A stretch of DNA of 64,000 bases from Candidatus Eiseniibacteriota bacterium. Lineage in GTDB: Bacteria > Eisenbacteria > RBG-16-71-46 > CAIMUX01 > VGJL01. Below, piece by piece: positions 35,838-45,084 of this stretch (position 1 is its first letter; each line of letters begins with the position of its first letter). A program made the translations under genes and the position numbers. The stretch spans positions 96,001 through 160,000 of the forward strand of contig JBHGAY010000005.1 of assembly GCA_041946735.1 (NCBI GenBank), given 5' to 3'. Under the pieces are notes generated by a model. The model was not told the origin of the DNA and made no database searches. It saw only the letters and a list, made by a program, of their open reading frames with translations.

Positions 35838-37794
35838 GCCTCGCCTCCCGCTCGCTCGCGCGCTCGATCCATTCGATGACGCTCTCGATCCCTTCCCCCT
35901 CGAGATGGAGCCGGTGCCAGACCTCGAGGTTGAGGAGCACCCAGAGCCGGTAGTTGTGGTCCCGGCGCCCGCCCGTATGCTCGTCGACCAGCTCGCGTAG
36001 CGCTTCGCGCCGGAAGATCCCTTCCTCGACCATCCGCGAGGAACGGACCATCTCGCGCAACAGCTCTGCGAGCTCTTCGCGCATCCACCGCGCGAGAGGG
36101 AATCCGAACCCCTGCTTCGGGCGGTCGACGAGCGCCGCATCGAGATGCCGGGCGGCGATCCGGCGGAGCGCGTATTTGAGCGTGCGGCCGCGCAGCTTGA
36201 GGCGGCTCGGCACGCGGCACGCGAACTCGACCATCCGGTGCTCGAGCAGCGGCGGGCGCACCTCGAGGCCGTGAGCCATCGACATCCGGTCGACGATCGC
36301 GAGCAGGTGATCCGGCATGCGGGTCGAGAGATCGGTGTAGAGCATCCGCTCGATTTCGTCGCATCCGGTCGCGCCGTCGAAGTGCTCCAGGATCTTCGCG
36401 CGCGAATCGAGCGCGCCGATGCGTCCGAGCGCGTCGCCGGTGAAGAGACGGCGCTTCGCCGCTTCGGTGAAGCGCAGCCACGAGAGGCTTTCCGCGTAGC
36501 GCTCCCCCTCGCTCAGCAGCGACATCTCGTTCACCCAGCGGAGCCGGTGCGACAGCCCCTTGTAGCCGTAGCTCTCCGGGACCAGGTCGATCATCTTCCG
36601 CAGGACGGTCCTGCGTACCGGCGCAGGGACGACGCGCAGCCGGTCCGCCAGCCGGTTGCCGGAGAAGCGATCGTAGCCCGCGAAGAGCTCGTCCCCTCCG
36701 TCGCCGGAGAGGACGACCTTCACGTGCCGCGCCGCGAGACGCGAAGCGAGGTAGACGCCGGCCGCGAACGGGTCGGACGGCTCGTCCATGTGCCAGACCA
36801 TGCGCGGCACCAGGTGGACCAGGTCCGCGCTCACGACCTCCTCGTGGTGATCGGTGCCGTAGCGGGCCGCCACGAGCCGCGCGTAGGGAAGCTCGTCGAA
36901 CTCCTCCTCGCGCACGCCGATCGAGAAGGTCGGGAACGGTCTGCGCGAGGCGGACTCCGTCGCCGCGAGCGCGGTGATCAGGCTCGAGTCGATCCCCCCA
37001 CTCAAGAAGGCGCCGACCGGAACGTCGGCGAGCAGGTGCGCGCGCACCGTCTCGCGCAGCCGCTCCTCGAGGCGATCGAGGATTTCTTCGTCGGTCCCTT
37101 CGAGTCGCGGCCCGAAGGCGAGCTTCCAGTACCGGGTGATCCGGGTCGTGCCGTCACGCTCGCGGACGAGGAGATGCCCGGCCGGCAGCTTCGCGATGCC
37201 GGAGAAGAGGGTCAGGCGGTCGGGGATCGTCCGTAGCGAGACGTAGTGATAGAGCGCTTCGAGATCGACGCGCGGCGCGTGCAGCCCGGTCGCGAGGATC
37301 GCTTTGACTTCCGACGCGAAGATGAAGCAGGGCGCGCCGCCCGCCGTCGTCTCGAGATGGAACAGCGGCTTCTGCCCCATCGGGTCGCGCGCGAGGAGCA
37401 GCCTCCCGCGCGGTTCGTCCCAGATTGCGAAGGCGAACATTCCGTCGAGTCGCTCCACGCATCGCTCGCCCATCTTGTCGTACAGGTGCAGGAGGACTTC
37501 CGCCTCGGATCGAGTCCGGAACGGGTAGCCCTCGCGCGAGAGCTCCTCGCGCAGGTCGTGGAAGTTGTAGATCTCGCCGTTGAAGACGATCGCCCGCCGC
37601 TTCTCGGGGTCGACGATCGGCTGCCGTCCGGTTTCGAGATCGAGGATGCTCAGGCGCCGGTGGCCGAGGACGGCGCCGGGGAACTCCGCCCGCCCCTCGT
37701 CGTCGGGTCCGCGATGGGCGATCGCGTCAAGGGCGCGCGGGAGCCGCTCCCGGACGGAGGGGTCGGTCGAAAGGATTCCCGCGATTCCGCACAT
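35818..37794 (-). CDS. asnB: Asparagine synthase-like amidotransferase (glutamine-hydrolysing)
   Basis: MCGIAG, HRGPD, RRLSILD, FNGEIYN, LSGGIDSS, LSGDGGDELFAGY, DRMSMAHGLEVR, RPKQGF. Confidence 0.95.
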   Translation of the reverse strand: MCGIAGILSTDPSVRERLPRALDAIAHRGPDDEGRAEFPGAVLGHRRLSILDLETGRQPIVDPEKRRAIVFNGEIYNFHDLREELSREGYPFRTRSEAEVLLHLYDKMGERCVERLDGMFAFAIWDEPRGRLLLARDPMGQKPLFHLETTAGGAPCFIFASEVKAILATGLHAPRVDLEALYHYVSLRTIPDRLTLFSGIAKLPAGHLLVRERDGTTRITRYWKLAFGPRLEGTDEEILDRLEERLRETVRAHLLADVPVGAFLSGGIDSSLITALAATESASRRPFPTFSIGVREEEFDELPYARLVAARYGTDHHEEVVSADLVHLVPRMVWHMDEPSDPFAAGVYLASRLAARHVKVVLSGDGGDELFAGYDRFSGNRLADRLRVVPAPVRRTVLRKMIDLVPESYGYKGLSHRLRWVNEMSLLSEGERYAESLSWLRFTEAAKRRLFTGDALGRIGALDSRAKILEHFDGATGCDEIERMLYTDLSTRMPDHLLAIVDRMSMAHGLEVRPPLLEHRMVEFACRVPSRLKLRGRTLKYALRRIAARHLDAALVDRPKQGFGFPLARWMREELAELLREMVRSSRMVEEGIFRREALRELVDEHTGGRRDHNYRLWVLLNLEVWHRLHLEGEGIESVIEWIERASEREARHEPARA

Positions 37795-37835
37795 TCTTCC
37801 GCTCCCTCGCTTCGCCTTGCTGCCGCCGCGCTTCG

Positions 37836-38819
37836 CTAGAGGAGCCGGCGCTCCCGATACCAGGCCGCGGTCCGCCGCAGCCCCTCGTCGAGCTCGATCT
37901 TCGGATCGTACCCCAGCTCCGCGACCGCCCGGCCGATGTCGAACGCGCGGTTCTGGCGGTACCAGTCGACGCGTCGCGGAAAGATCGGGGGCGTTACTCC
38001 GAACGGGCGGCAGACGGCCGCGACGACGTGCCCCGCGACGATGAGTGGCGCGAGCGGATACCGGGGGAGCCGCACGTCGACCTCGAGCGCCGCCGCCACC
38101 TTCCGCACGATCTCCTCGATCGTGTAGTAGCGCCGGTCGGCGATCAGGTAGGTCCGCCCGTCGCCGCGCCCCGGCTCCTGCACGAGCAGGAACGCGTCGA
38201 CGAGATTGTCGATGTAGAGGGGATGGTAGAACGTCCGGCACGATCCGAAGAGCGGGAAGCTGCCGCGCGCGACGCGCCGGAAGATCATGTAGAAGCGCTC
38301 CGGATCGCCCGGGCCGTAGATCGCCGCCGGTCGCAGGATCGTCGTCCGCATGCCACGCGCCGCATGCTCCTGCACGATCGGCTCCGCGAGATACTTCGTC
38401 CGCTGGTAGTAGTCGGCCGGCGCGATCGGCGCGTCCTCGTTCGCCGGCGGATCCGCGACGTCCCCGTGGACCCCGCAGGTGCTGCAGTAGACGAACTTCT
38501 CGACCCCTTCGCGCGCGGCCTCTTCGAGAACGTTGCGCGTTCCCTCGACGTTCACCGCTGCGTAGTGCGCCTCGGGGACGTTCATCTCCCGGAAGGCGGC
38601 GGCGAGGTGGTGTACGATCCGGGCGCCGCGCATCGCCTCCCGGACCGCGATCGGATCGGTGACCGATCCGAGGACGATGCGAGCCCCGCGCGCGCGCAGC
38701 GAATCGCTCGCCAACCCCTCTTTGTTGTCGAGCGCCGTGACCTCGTGCCCCTCGTCCAGAAGGCGGCGGACGAGCGCGGCCCCGGTGAACCCGGTCCCCC
38801 CCGTGACCAGGATCTTCAA
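37836..38819 (-). CDS. NAD-dependent epimerase/dehydratase (extended SDR)
   Basis: LVTGGTGFTG, HLAA, NVEGT, ST, YQRTK, RP..IYGPGD; TTG start after GGAGG. Confidence 0.9.
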   Translation of the reverse strand: MKILVTGGTGFTGAALVRRLLDEGHEVTALDNKEGLASDSLRARGARIVLGSVTDPIAVREAMRGARIVHHLAAAFREMNVPEAHYAAVNVEGTRNVLEEAAREGVEKFVYCSTCGVHGDVADPPANEDAPIAPADYYQRTKYLAEPIVQEHAARGMRTTILRPAAIYGPGDPERFYMIFRRVARGSFPLFGSCRTFYHPLYIDNLVDAFLLVQEPGRGDGRTYLIADRRYYTIEEIVRKVAAALEVDVRLPRYPLAPLIVAGHVVAAVCRPFGVTPPIFPRRVDWYRQNRAFDIGRAVAELGYDPKIELDEGLRRTAAWYRERRLL

Positions 38820-38922
38820 GGCGACCTCCCCTCCCTGCGAACCGGCGCTCCGCGGGGCCCGCTTACGGGCCGGGCGCGCTCCGCCGCGCCTGCGCCCGTG
38901 CCCGGGCCCGCGCCCGCGCACG

Positions 38923-38953
38923 GCGTTGCGACCGCACGACGGTATCGCAACGC
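38923..38953. promoter_or_regulatory. Inverted repeat GCGTTGCGA-N13-TCGCAACGC in a divergent intergenic region
   Basis: Perfect 9-bp arms; 13/14 nt shared with 16416-16429. Confidence 0.35.
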
Positions 38954-39142
38954 GTGTGGCGAGGCAACGTCCGACCGGCGGCCGGTTTTGCGGCATACAT
39001 CCTCCTTTATCATTTCGTCTCCCCGCTGCTACGCTAGCGCGACTCCCGTTTTTCGCCGTCCGCGGATGAAAGAGCGTTCATCTCTCGCGGGGACGCGGCG
39101 CGCACCGGGAGCGGGAAACGGCGACGGAGGGGCGAGCCCACG

Positions 39143-40963
39143 ATGCGGATCCTCGGTATCACGGACGGCCAGACGAGCGGAGCGGCCGTCCTCGAGAACG
39201 GCCGGCTGCTGGCGGCGATCAACGAAGAGCGGATCGTCCGTGTGAAGATGGCGCGGGGATTCCCGTGGAAGGCGATCCACGAGGCGCTGGCGCTGAGCGG
39301 CACGCGTCCCGAGGATGTCGGCGCGGTCGGCGTCGCGCAGGTGAACATGGAGCTGCGCGAAGAAGTCACCGGCTGGCCGGGTTGGTTCGAGGCGCGCGAC
39401 GAAGAGGAGGACGTCCACAGCTCGTTCTTCCGCGTCGCGTCGCGCTACGGCGGTCTCGTCCCGTTCGTCCCCGGCCTGAAGCAGGCATACTACGCGCTGC
39501 GGCGTCCCGTCTACGCGAAGCGCCGGGCGAGGATCGAGGAGATCCTCCGCGAGGACTACGGGATCGCCGCGCCGGTGCGCTTCTTCCATCACCACTACGC
39601 ACATGCGACCTCGGCGTACTACACCTCGAACTTCGACGACGCCCTCGTCGTCACGATGGACGGCGGCGGCGACGGCCACTCGTCGCACGTCTACAGCGCG
39701 CGCGGCGGCGCCTTCCAGTCGCTCGCGACGGCCGACTCCTACGACTCGCTCGGCAACTACTACGCCTACGTCACGGCGCTCTGCGGCTTCAAGGCGAAGC
39801 GGCACGAAGGGAAGATCACCGGTCTCGCGGCGCGCGGCCGGCCCGCCTATCGCGACCTCTTCGACCGAATGATCGCTTGCGAGGAGGGGCGCCTCACGAA
39901 CAAGGGGCGCGTGCTCTTCCACCGGGCGATGGAGAAGATCAGCGCGTCGCTTCCCGAACGATGGGAGATGGAGGATCTCGCGGCGACGATCCAGGCGGTC
40001 GCCGAGGACGTCGCACGCGAGTACGTTCGCTACTGGATCGGCCGAACGGGACACCGGGACGTCGCGCTGGCCGGCGGCCTCTTCGCGAACGTCCGGATCA
40101 ACGAGGAGATCCTGCGGATTCCCGAGGTCCGCAACGTCTTCGTGCATCCCGGCATGTCGGATGAAGGACTCGCGGTGGGCGCCGCATACGCGTACCAGGC
40201 GCTCCTCGACCGGCGCGAAGGGCGCCGATTCCAGCCGCGGGAGCTGCCCCACGTCTACCTCGGCAACGGGTACGGAGAGGAGGAGGTCGCCGCGGCTCTG
40301 CGCGAAGCGGGGCTCGAGGCGCGCCATCTTCCCGGGACGATCGAGGCCGCGATCGCCGAGCAGCTTGCGCAGGGCAAGGTGGTCGCGCGCTTCCACGGGC
40401 GCATGGAATACGGCCCCCGCGCTCTCGGCAACCGCTCGATCCTCTATCAGCCAGGCGATCCGACGGTGAACGACTGGCTGAACGAGCTGCTTCGCCGCAC
40501 CGAGTTCATGCCGTTCGCGCCTTCGTCGATGGCCGAACATTCCGCGTCGCTTTACGAAGATCCGGACGGCGGGCTCGATCCCGCTCGCTTCATGACGATC
40601 ACCTTCCACTGCAAGCCGGTCATGCGCGAGCGGTGCTCCGGCGTCGTCCACGTGGACGGAACCGCTCGGCCGCAGATCGTCCGGCGGGAAGACAATCCCT
40701 CCTACTACCGGATCCTGGAGGAGTACCACGCGCGCACCGGCACTCCGGTCGTGATCAACACCTCGTTCAACATCCACGAAGAGCCGATCGTTCGCTCCCC
40801 GCAGGATGCCATCCGCGCCTTCCTCGACAGCGCCCTCGATTGCCTCGCGATCGGGGACTTCCTCGTCGCCGGCCCAGTCGGTAGCATGGCGACGCGAAAG
40901 AAGTGGGAGGGCAAGAGCCGCTGGGGCAGGATCGTCGACTCTCCGACCTCCCGCCTCGCTTGA
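39143..40963 (+). CDS. Carbamoyltransferase (NodU/CmcH/TobZ family)
   Basis: EERI.R.K, HHYAHA.SAY, DGGGD, EGKITGLA, LAGGLFANV, EYGPRALGNRS, PFAP, HVDGTARPQ, NTSFNIHEEPIV. Confidence 0.95.
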   Translation: MRILGITDGQTSGAAVLENGRLLAAINEERIVRVKMARGFPWKAIHEALALSGTRPEDVGAVGVAQVNMELREEVTGWPGWFEARDEEEDVHSSFFRVASRYGGLVPFVPGLKQAYYALRRPVYAKRRARIEEILREDYGIAAPVRFFHHHYAHATSAYYTSNFDDALVVTMDGGGDGHSSHVYSARGGAFQSLATADSYDSLGNYYAYVTALCGFKAKRHEGKITGLAARGRPAYRDLFDRMIACEEGRLTNKGRVLFHRAMEKISASLPERWEMEDLAATIQAVAEDVAREYVRYWIGRTGHRDVALAGGLFANVRINEEILRIPEVRNVFVHPGMSDEGLAVGAAYAYQALLDRREGRRFQPRELPHVYLGNGYGEEEVAAALREAGLEARHLPGTIEAAIAEQLAQGKVVARFHGRMEYGPRALGNRSILYQPGDPTVNDWLNELLRRTEFMPFAPSSMAEHSASLYEDPDGGLDPARFMTITFHCKPVMRERCSGVVHVDGTARPQIVRREDNPSYYRILEEYHARTGTPVVINTSFNIHEEPIVRSPQDAIRAFLDSALDCLAIGDFLVAGPVGSMATRKKWEGKSRWGRIVDSPTSRLA

Positions 40964-40980
40964 TCCAGCACGTCGGGTAC

Positions 40981-41088
40981 GGCGGTCTCGATGGGCGCCC
41001 GGGGCGCCGCGGTCACGATGGGCGTGCCCTGTGCGGCGGTCCCGATGAGCGCGCCGGACGCCGCGGTCGCGGCGGGCACCGCGGGCGC
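40981..41088. repeat. 4 x 27-bp degenerate intergenic tandem repeat
   Basis: ggcggtctcgatgggcgcccggggcgc / cgcggtcacgatgggcgtgccctgtgc / ggcggtcccgatgagcgcgccggacgc / cgcggtcgcggcgggcaccgcgggcgc. Confidence 0.7.
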
Positions 41089-41189
41089 GCGCACGGCTCG
41101 ATGCGGGATCGAGGAGCCGCCGGCCGGAAGGCGGGCCGGACGCCCACAGAGGCGCCCGCGCGAGTCGCGCGGGCGAGGGGAGGGAGCCG

Positions 41190-42851
41190 ATGAAGCGCGA
41201 CCTCGAGGCGCTCGCCTCGCGTCGCCACGACCTGCTGATCGTCGGTGGCGGGATCCACGGCGCCTGCATCGCGCGCGACGCGGCGCTGCGCGGGCTTTCC
41301 GTCGCCCTCGTCGACCGGTCGGACTTCGGCTCGGGCGCTTCTCAGAACAGCCTGAAGATCCTGCACGGCGGCCTTCGCTATCTGCAGGGCTTCGATCTCG
41401 CCCGCATGCGCGCCTCGATCCTGGAACGCTCCATCCTGGCCCGCATCGCGCCGCATCTCGTCGAGCCGCTCGGCTTCCTTCTGCCGCTCGGCGGCGGCCG
41501 CGGCCCGGACCCTCTCGCGATGGCGCTCGCGCTTCGCGTGGCCGACCTGGCCGGCAGCGATCGCAACCGCGACCTCCCGCCCGAGCTGCGGATCCCGGGC
41601 GGCAGGATCACCGGGCGCCGCTTCCTCCGCTCCCTCGCGCTCCCGGCCGGCTTCGACGGCGCGCGCTCGGTCGCGCTTTGGCACGACCTGCGCGTCCGCA
41701 ACACGGAGCGGATGACGATGGCGTTTCTGCTCTCGGCCTGCGAGCACGGGGCGATCGCGATCAACCACGCGCGGGTCGACAGGCTTCTCCGTCTGGAGGA
41801 CGGAGCGATCGCCGGCGTGCACGTCGCCGACACGCTCGGCGACAACCGGATCGACGTCCGCGCGAAGGCGGTCGTGGTCGCGGCCGGCTCGTGGACGGCC
41901 GAGATCCTCGACGATCTCCAGGGACGTCCGGCCTCGCCGGACCGCCCGCAGGCGCTCGCCGTCAACCTCCTCACGCGCCGGCCGGCTCCTCCTTTCGCGC
42001 TCGGCTTTCGCTCTGCGGCTGCGCCCCCCGGCGATCCTGCGGGACGCGGCCGCACCTGCTTCCTCGTGCCCCATCGCGGCGCGACGATGATCGGCACCTT
42101 CTACCGCGTGCACCGGGGTCCCTCCGACGGCTACGCGATCACCGAGGAACTGCTCGCCTCGTTCGTCGAGGAGTGCAATGCCGCCTGGCCGGAGCTGCGC
42201 CTGCGCGTCGAGGAGATCGAGGGGTGTCACCATGGGCTGCTGCCGTGCGACATCTCGGCCGACGGCTTGCGTCTCGCTCAGCGCCCACGGATTCGCGACC
42301 ACGCCGCGGGCGACGGGCACCCGGGTCTCATCTCGGTCGAAGGGGTGAAGTACACGACGGCGCGGCTCGTCGCGGAGAAGGTGTCGAACCTGGTCTTCGA
42401 GCGGCTCCACCGGCGTTCGCCGCCGTGCTGGGGGAGGGTCGAGGCGCTGCCGGGCGGCGAGAAGGGGACGATGCGCGCGGAGGAGTCGGCGGCCGGCAGT
42501 CCCGCGGTGGCGCGGTTGATCCGGCTGCACGGCAGCCGCTACCGGAGCCTCCCTTCGCGCGGCGAGGAGCCGGAGTCCTCCTGGATCTCTCCGATGCCCG
42601 GAATCGGCGCTTCCCGGGCGGAGATCCTCCATCCGATCCGCGAAGAGGCGGCGATGCGGCTCTCGGATCTCGTTCTCCGCAGGACCGAGATTGCGGCGGA
42701 CGGTCCGCCCGGCGAAGCATGCGTTGCGGCGATTGCGGCCGCCATCGCTCCCGAGATGGGATGGCCGGCGTCGCGATGGGAGGCCGAGGTGGCGGACACG
42801 CTCGCCGAGCTCCGGCCATGGGAGGAGAAGGCTTGGGCGTCCGCCCCCTGA
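41190..42851 (+). CDS. FAD-dependent oxidoreductase, glycerol-3-phosphate dehydrogenase/oxidase-like
   Basis: IVGGGIHG, ARDAALRGL, DFGSGASQNSLKILHGGLRYL, GVKYTTAR, LSDLVLRRT. Confidence 0.88.
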   Translation: MKRDLEALASRRHDLLIVGGGIHGACIARDAALRGLSVALVDRSDFGSGASQNSLKILHGGLRYLQGFDLARMRASILERSILARIAPHLVEPLGFLLPLGGGRGPDPLAMALALRVADLAGSDRNRDLPPELRIPGGRITGRRFLRSLALPAGFDGARSVALWHDLRVRNTERMTMAFLLSACEHGAIAINHARVDRLLRLEDGAIAGVHVADTLGDNRIDVRAKAVVVAAGSWTAEILDDLQGRPASPDRPQALAVNLLTRRPAPPFALGFRSAAAPPGDPAGRGRTCFLVPHRGATMIGTFYRVHRGPSDGYAITEELLASFVEECNAAWPELRLRVEEIEGCHHGLLPCDISADGLRLAQRPRIRDHAAGDGHPGLISVEGVKYTTARLVAEKVSNLVFERLHRRSPPCWGRVEALPGGEKGTMRAEESAAGSPAVARLIRLHGSRYRSLPSRGEEPESSWISPMPGIGASRAEILHPIREEAAMRLSDLVLRRTEIAADGPPGEACVAAIAAAIAPEMGWPASRWEAEVADTLAELRPWEEKAWASAP

Positions 42852-44158
42852 AGATCCTGTTCCTCGCTCCGCACCCGTTCTTCCAGGATCGAGGGACGCC
42901 GATCGCCGACCGCGCCGTTCTCGAGGCGCTCGTCGAACGAGGACACGAGGTCGATCTGCTCGTGTTTCCCGAAGGCCGGGAGATCGATCTCCCCGGCTGC
43001 ACGATCCATCGCGTGCCGCGCATCCGGGGGATCGGGCCGATCCGTCCCGGCTTCTCGGCCGGCAAGCTCCTCTACGACGTCCGGATGCTGCGGGCCGCCG
43101 CCCGCCTCGCTCGCGAGCGCGGGTACGACCTCGTCCACGCGGTGGAGGAATCGGCGCTGATCGCATGCTGGTTGCAGCGCCGCTTCGGGATCCCGTTCGT
43201 CTATGACATGGACTCCTCGATCCCGCAGCAGATGACGGAGAAGCTCGCGTGGCTGCGTCCGGCGCGGCCGCTGCTCGAAGCGGCGATGCGGCCGGCGCTG
43301 CGCGACAGCCTCGCCGTGATCGCCGTTTGCCGCACGCTGGAGGAGGAGGTGCGGCGCCTCGCGCCGCTGGCGGATGTGCACCGGATCGAGGACTTCAGCC
43401 TGCTCGACGAAGCGGGCGAGACGGGTGCGGGCGGGCAAGAGGACGGGCGAGCGGGCGGGCAGGAGGGCGCCGGCCCGCCCGACCTGGATCGCGCGGCGGG
43501 ACCGATCGTCCTCTACGCCGGCAACCTCGAGCCGTATCAGGGGATCGACCTGCTCCTCCGCGCATTCGCCGTGGTCGCCCGTGCGGAGACGCGGGCGCAG
43601 CTCGTGCTGATCGGCGGCCGGGCGGACGACATCGCGCGCTACCGCAAGCGCGCGGCGCGCCTGGGGATCGAGTCGCGCGCGCACTTCCTCGGCCCCAGTC
43701 CGATCGGCTCCCTGCGCGCAAGCCTGGCCCAGGCGGACGTTCTCGTCTCCCCGCGCATCCGCGGACGGAACACGCCGATGAAGATCTACTCCTACCTCGA
43801 CAGCGGGTGCGCGCTCGTCGCGACGCGCCTGCCGGTGCACACGCAGGTGCTGGACGACGAGATCGCTCTGCTCGCCGAACCGCAGCCCGAGGTGTACGCC
43901 GAGGCGATCCTCGCGCTGCTCCGCGATCCCGCCCGGCGCAACGCGCTCGGCCGCGCCGCCGCGGAGCGAGCGCGCCGCCTCTACAGCCGCGCCGCATTCC
44001 GGGCGAAGATCGACAAGCTCTACGGGGCGATCGAGGAGAGGCTATCGGCGTCCTCGCCGGCGTCGCCGTCGCCGTCGTCGCCGTCGTCGCCATCGCCACT
44101 GTCGCCATCGCCGTTTCCGGCTCCGCCGGGAGAGCAGCCCGGCGAGAGGCGCGCCTGA
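42833..44158 (+). CDS. Glycosyltransferase family 4
   Basis: LAPHPFFQDRGTPI, HAVEE, YAGNLEPYQGID, PMKIYSYL; start TTG 42833 (or ATG 42818). Confidence 0.88.
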   Translation: MGVRPLKILFLAPHPFFQDRGTPIADRAVLEALVERGHEVDLLVFPEGREIDLPGCTIHRVPRIRGIGPIRPGFSAGKLLYDVRMLRAAARLARERGYDLVHAVEESALIACWLQRRFGIPFVYDMDSSIPQQMTEKLAWLRPARPLLEAAMRPALRDSLAVIAVCRTLEEEVRRLAPLADVHRIEDFSLLDEAGETGAGGQEDGRAGGQEGAGPPDLDRAAGPIVLYAGNLEPYQGIDLLLRAFAVVARAETRAQLVLIGGRADDIARYRKRAARLGIESRAHFLGPSPIGSLRASLAQADVLVSPRIRGRNTPMKIYSYLDSGCALVATRLPVHTQVLDDEIALLAEPQPEVYAEAILALLRDPARRNALGRAAAERARRLYSRAAFRAKIDKLYGAIEERLSASSPASPSPSSPSSPSPLSPSPFPAPPGEQPGERRA

Positions 44159-44166
44159 GGCGGGCG

Positions 44167-45084
44167 ATGGCGGCAGCGAGCGCGTCGCCCGATCGCAGGG
44201 CGGAATGGGCGGAGAAGCTCTTCCGCCGCTCGGTCCTCAAGCAGCAGAAGGTGCGGGCGATCGTCTCGATGCTGCCGCCGATCGCGGCGGCCGCCGCGCC
44301 GGACACCGCGGGGCGCCGCGGCGCCGGTCCCCTCCCGGATCGCTTCACCTGCCTCGACATCGGAGGCGACAACGGGATCGTCAGCCTCCTGCTGCGCGCG
44401 CAGGGCGGGCGCTGGACCAGCGCGGATCTCGACGAGAGGGCGGTCGCTTCGATCGCGGATCTGCTCGGCGAAGAGGTCTGCCGGATCGGCGAGGACCGGC
44501 TGCCGTTCTCCGATGGCAGCTTCGACTTGATCGTGATCGTCGACTTCCTCGAGCACACGCGCGCCGACCGCCGGTTCGCGGCCGATTGCGCGCGCGTGCT
44601 TCGACCGGGTGGCTGGCTGATCGCCAACGTCCCGCATCTCGTGCCGGGCTCGATCCTGGGCCGGGCGCGGCGCGCCGTGGGATGGACCGATGAGATGCAC
44701 GGCCACGTCCGTCCCGGCTACGATCTCGCGGGACTGTGCGACGTGGTCGGCGCCGCCTTCGCGCTCGAGGAGGCGCGCGGCTACGGGCGCGCGTTCTCGG
44801 AGGTCGTCGACATCGCGCTGAACGCTCTGTACTCGCGCCGGCGTGCGCCCGATGCAGCGGGCGCCGCAGCGGGCGCCGCGGCGGGCGCCGCCGCGGCCGC
44901 CGCCGCTCCGCCGTCTCTCAAAGGGACGGTCGTGACCGCCGCCGACGTCCAGCAGCGGCGCAAGGAGATGGCGGCGCTCGCCCTCGCCTACCCCGCGTTG
45001 AAGGCGTTCGCCTCGCTCGACGCGCTCCTCTTCCGGCATCCGGGCTATCGCCTGATCGCGCGCTTCCGGCGGCTCGGGCCATGA
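44167..45084 (+). CDS. Class I SAM-dependent methyltransferase
   Basis: CLDIGGDNG, LPFSDGSFD, FLEH, RVLRPGG, GHVRPGY. Confidence 0.85.
   Translation: MAAASASPDRRAEWAEKLFRRSVLKQQKVRAIVSMLPPIAAAAAPDTAGRRGAGPLPDRFTCLDIGGDNGIVSLLLRAQGGRWTSADLDERAVASIADLLGEEVCRIGEDRLPFSDGSFDLIVIVDFLEHTRADRRFAADCARVLRPGGWLIANVPHLVPGSILGRARRAVGWTDEMHGHVRPGYDLAGLCDVVGAAFALEEARGYGRAFSEVVDIALNALYSRRRAPDAAGAAAGAAAGAAAAAAAPPSLKGTVVTAADVQQRRKEMAALALAYPALKAFASLDALLFRHPGYRLIARFRRLGP

Noticed and set aside
35818..40963. Antibiotic or lasso-peptide cluster suggested by AsnB and the carbamoyltransferase
   Set aside because: AsnB has an intact N-terminal Cys glutaminase domain; there is no precursor, B protein or NRPS/PKS; neighbours are envelope glycosylation genes.
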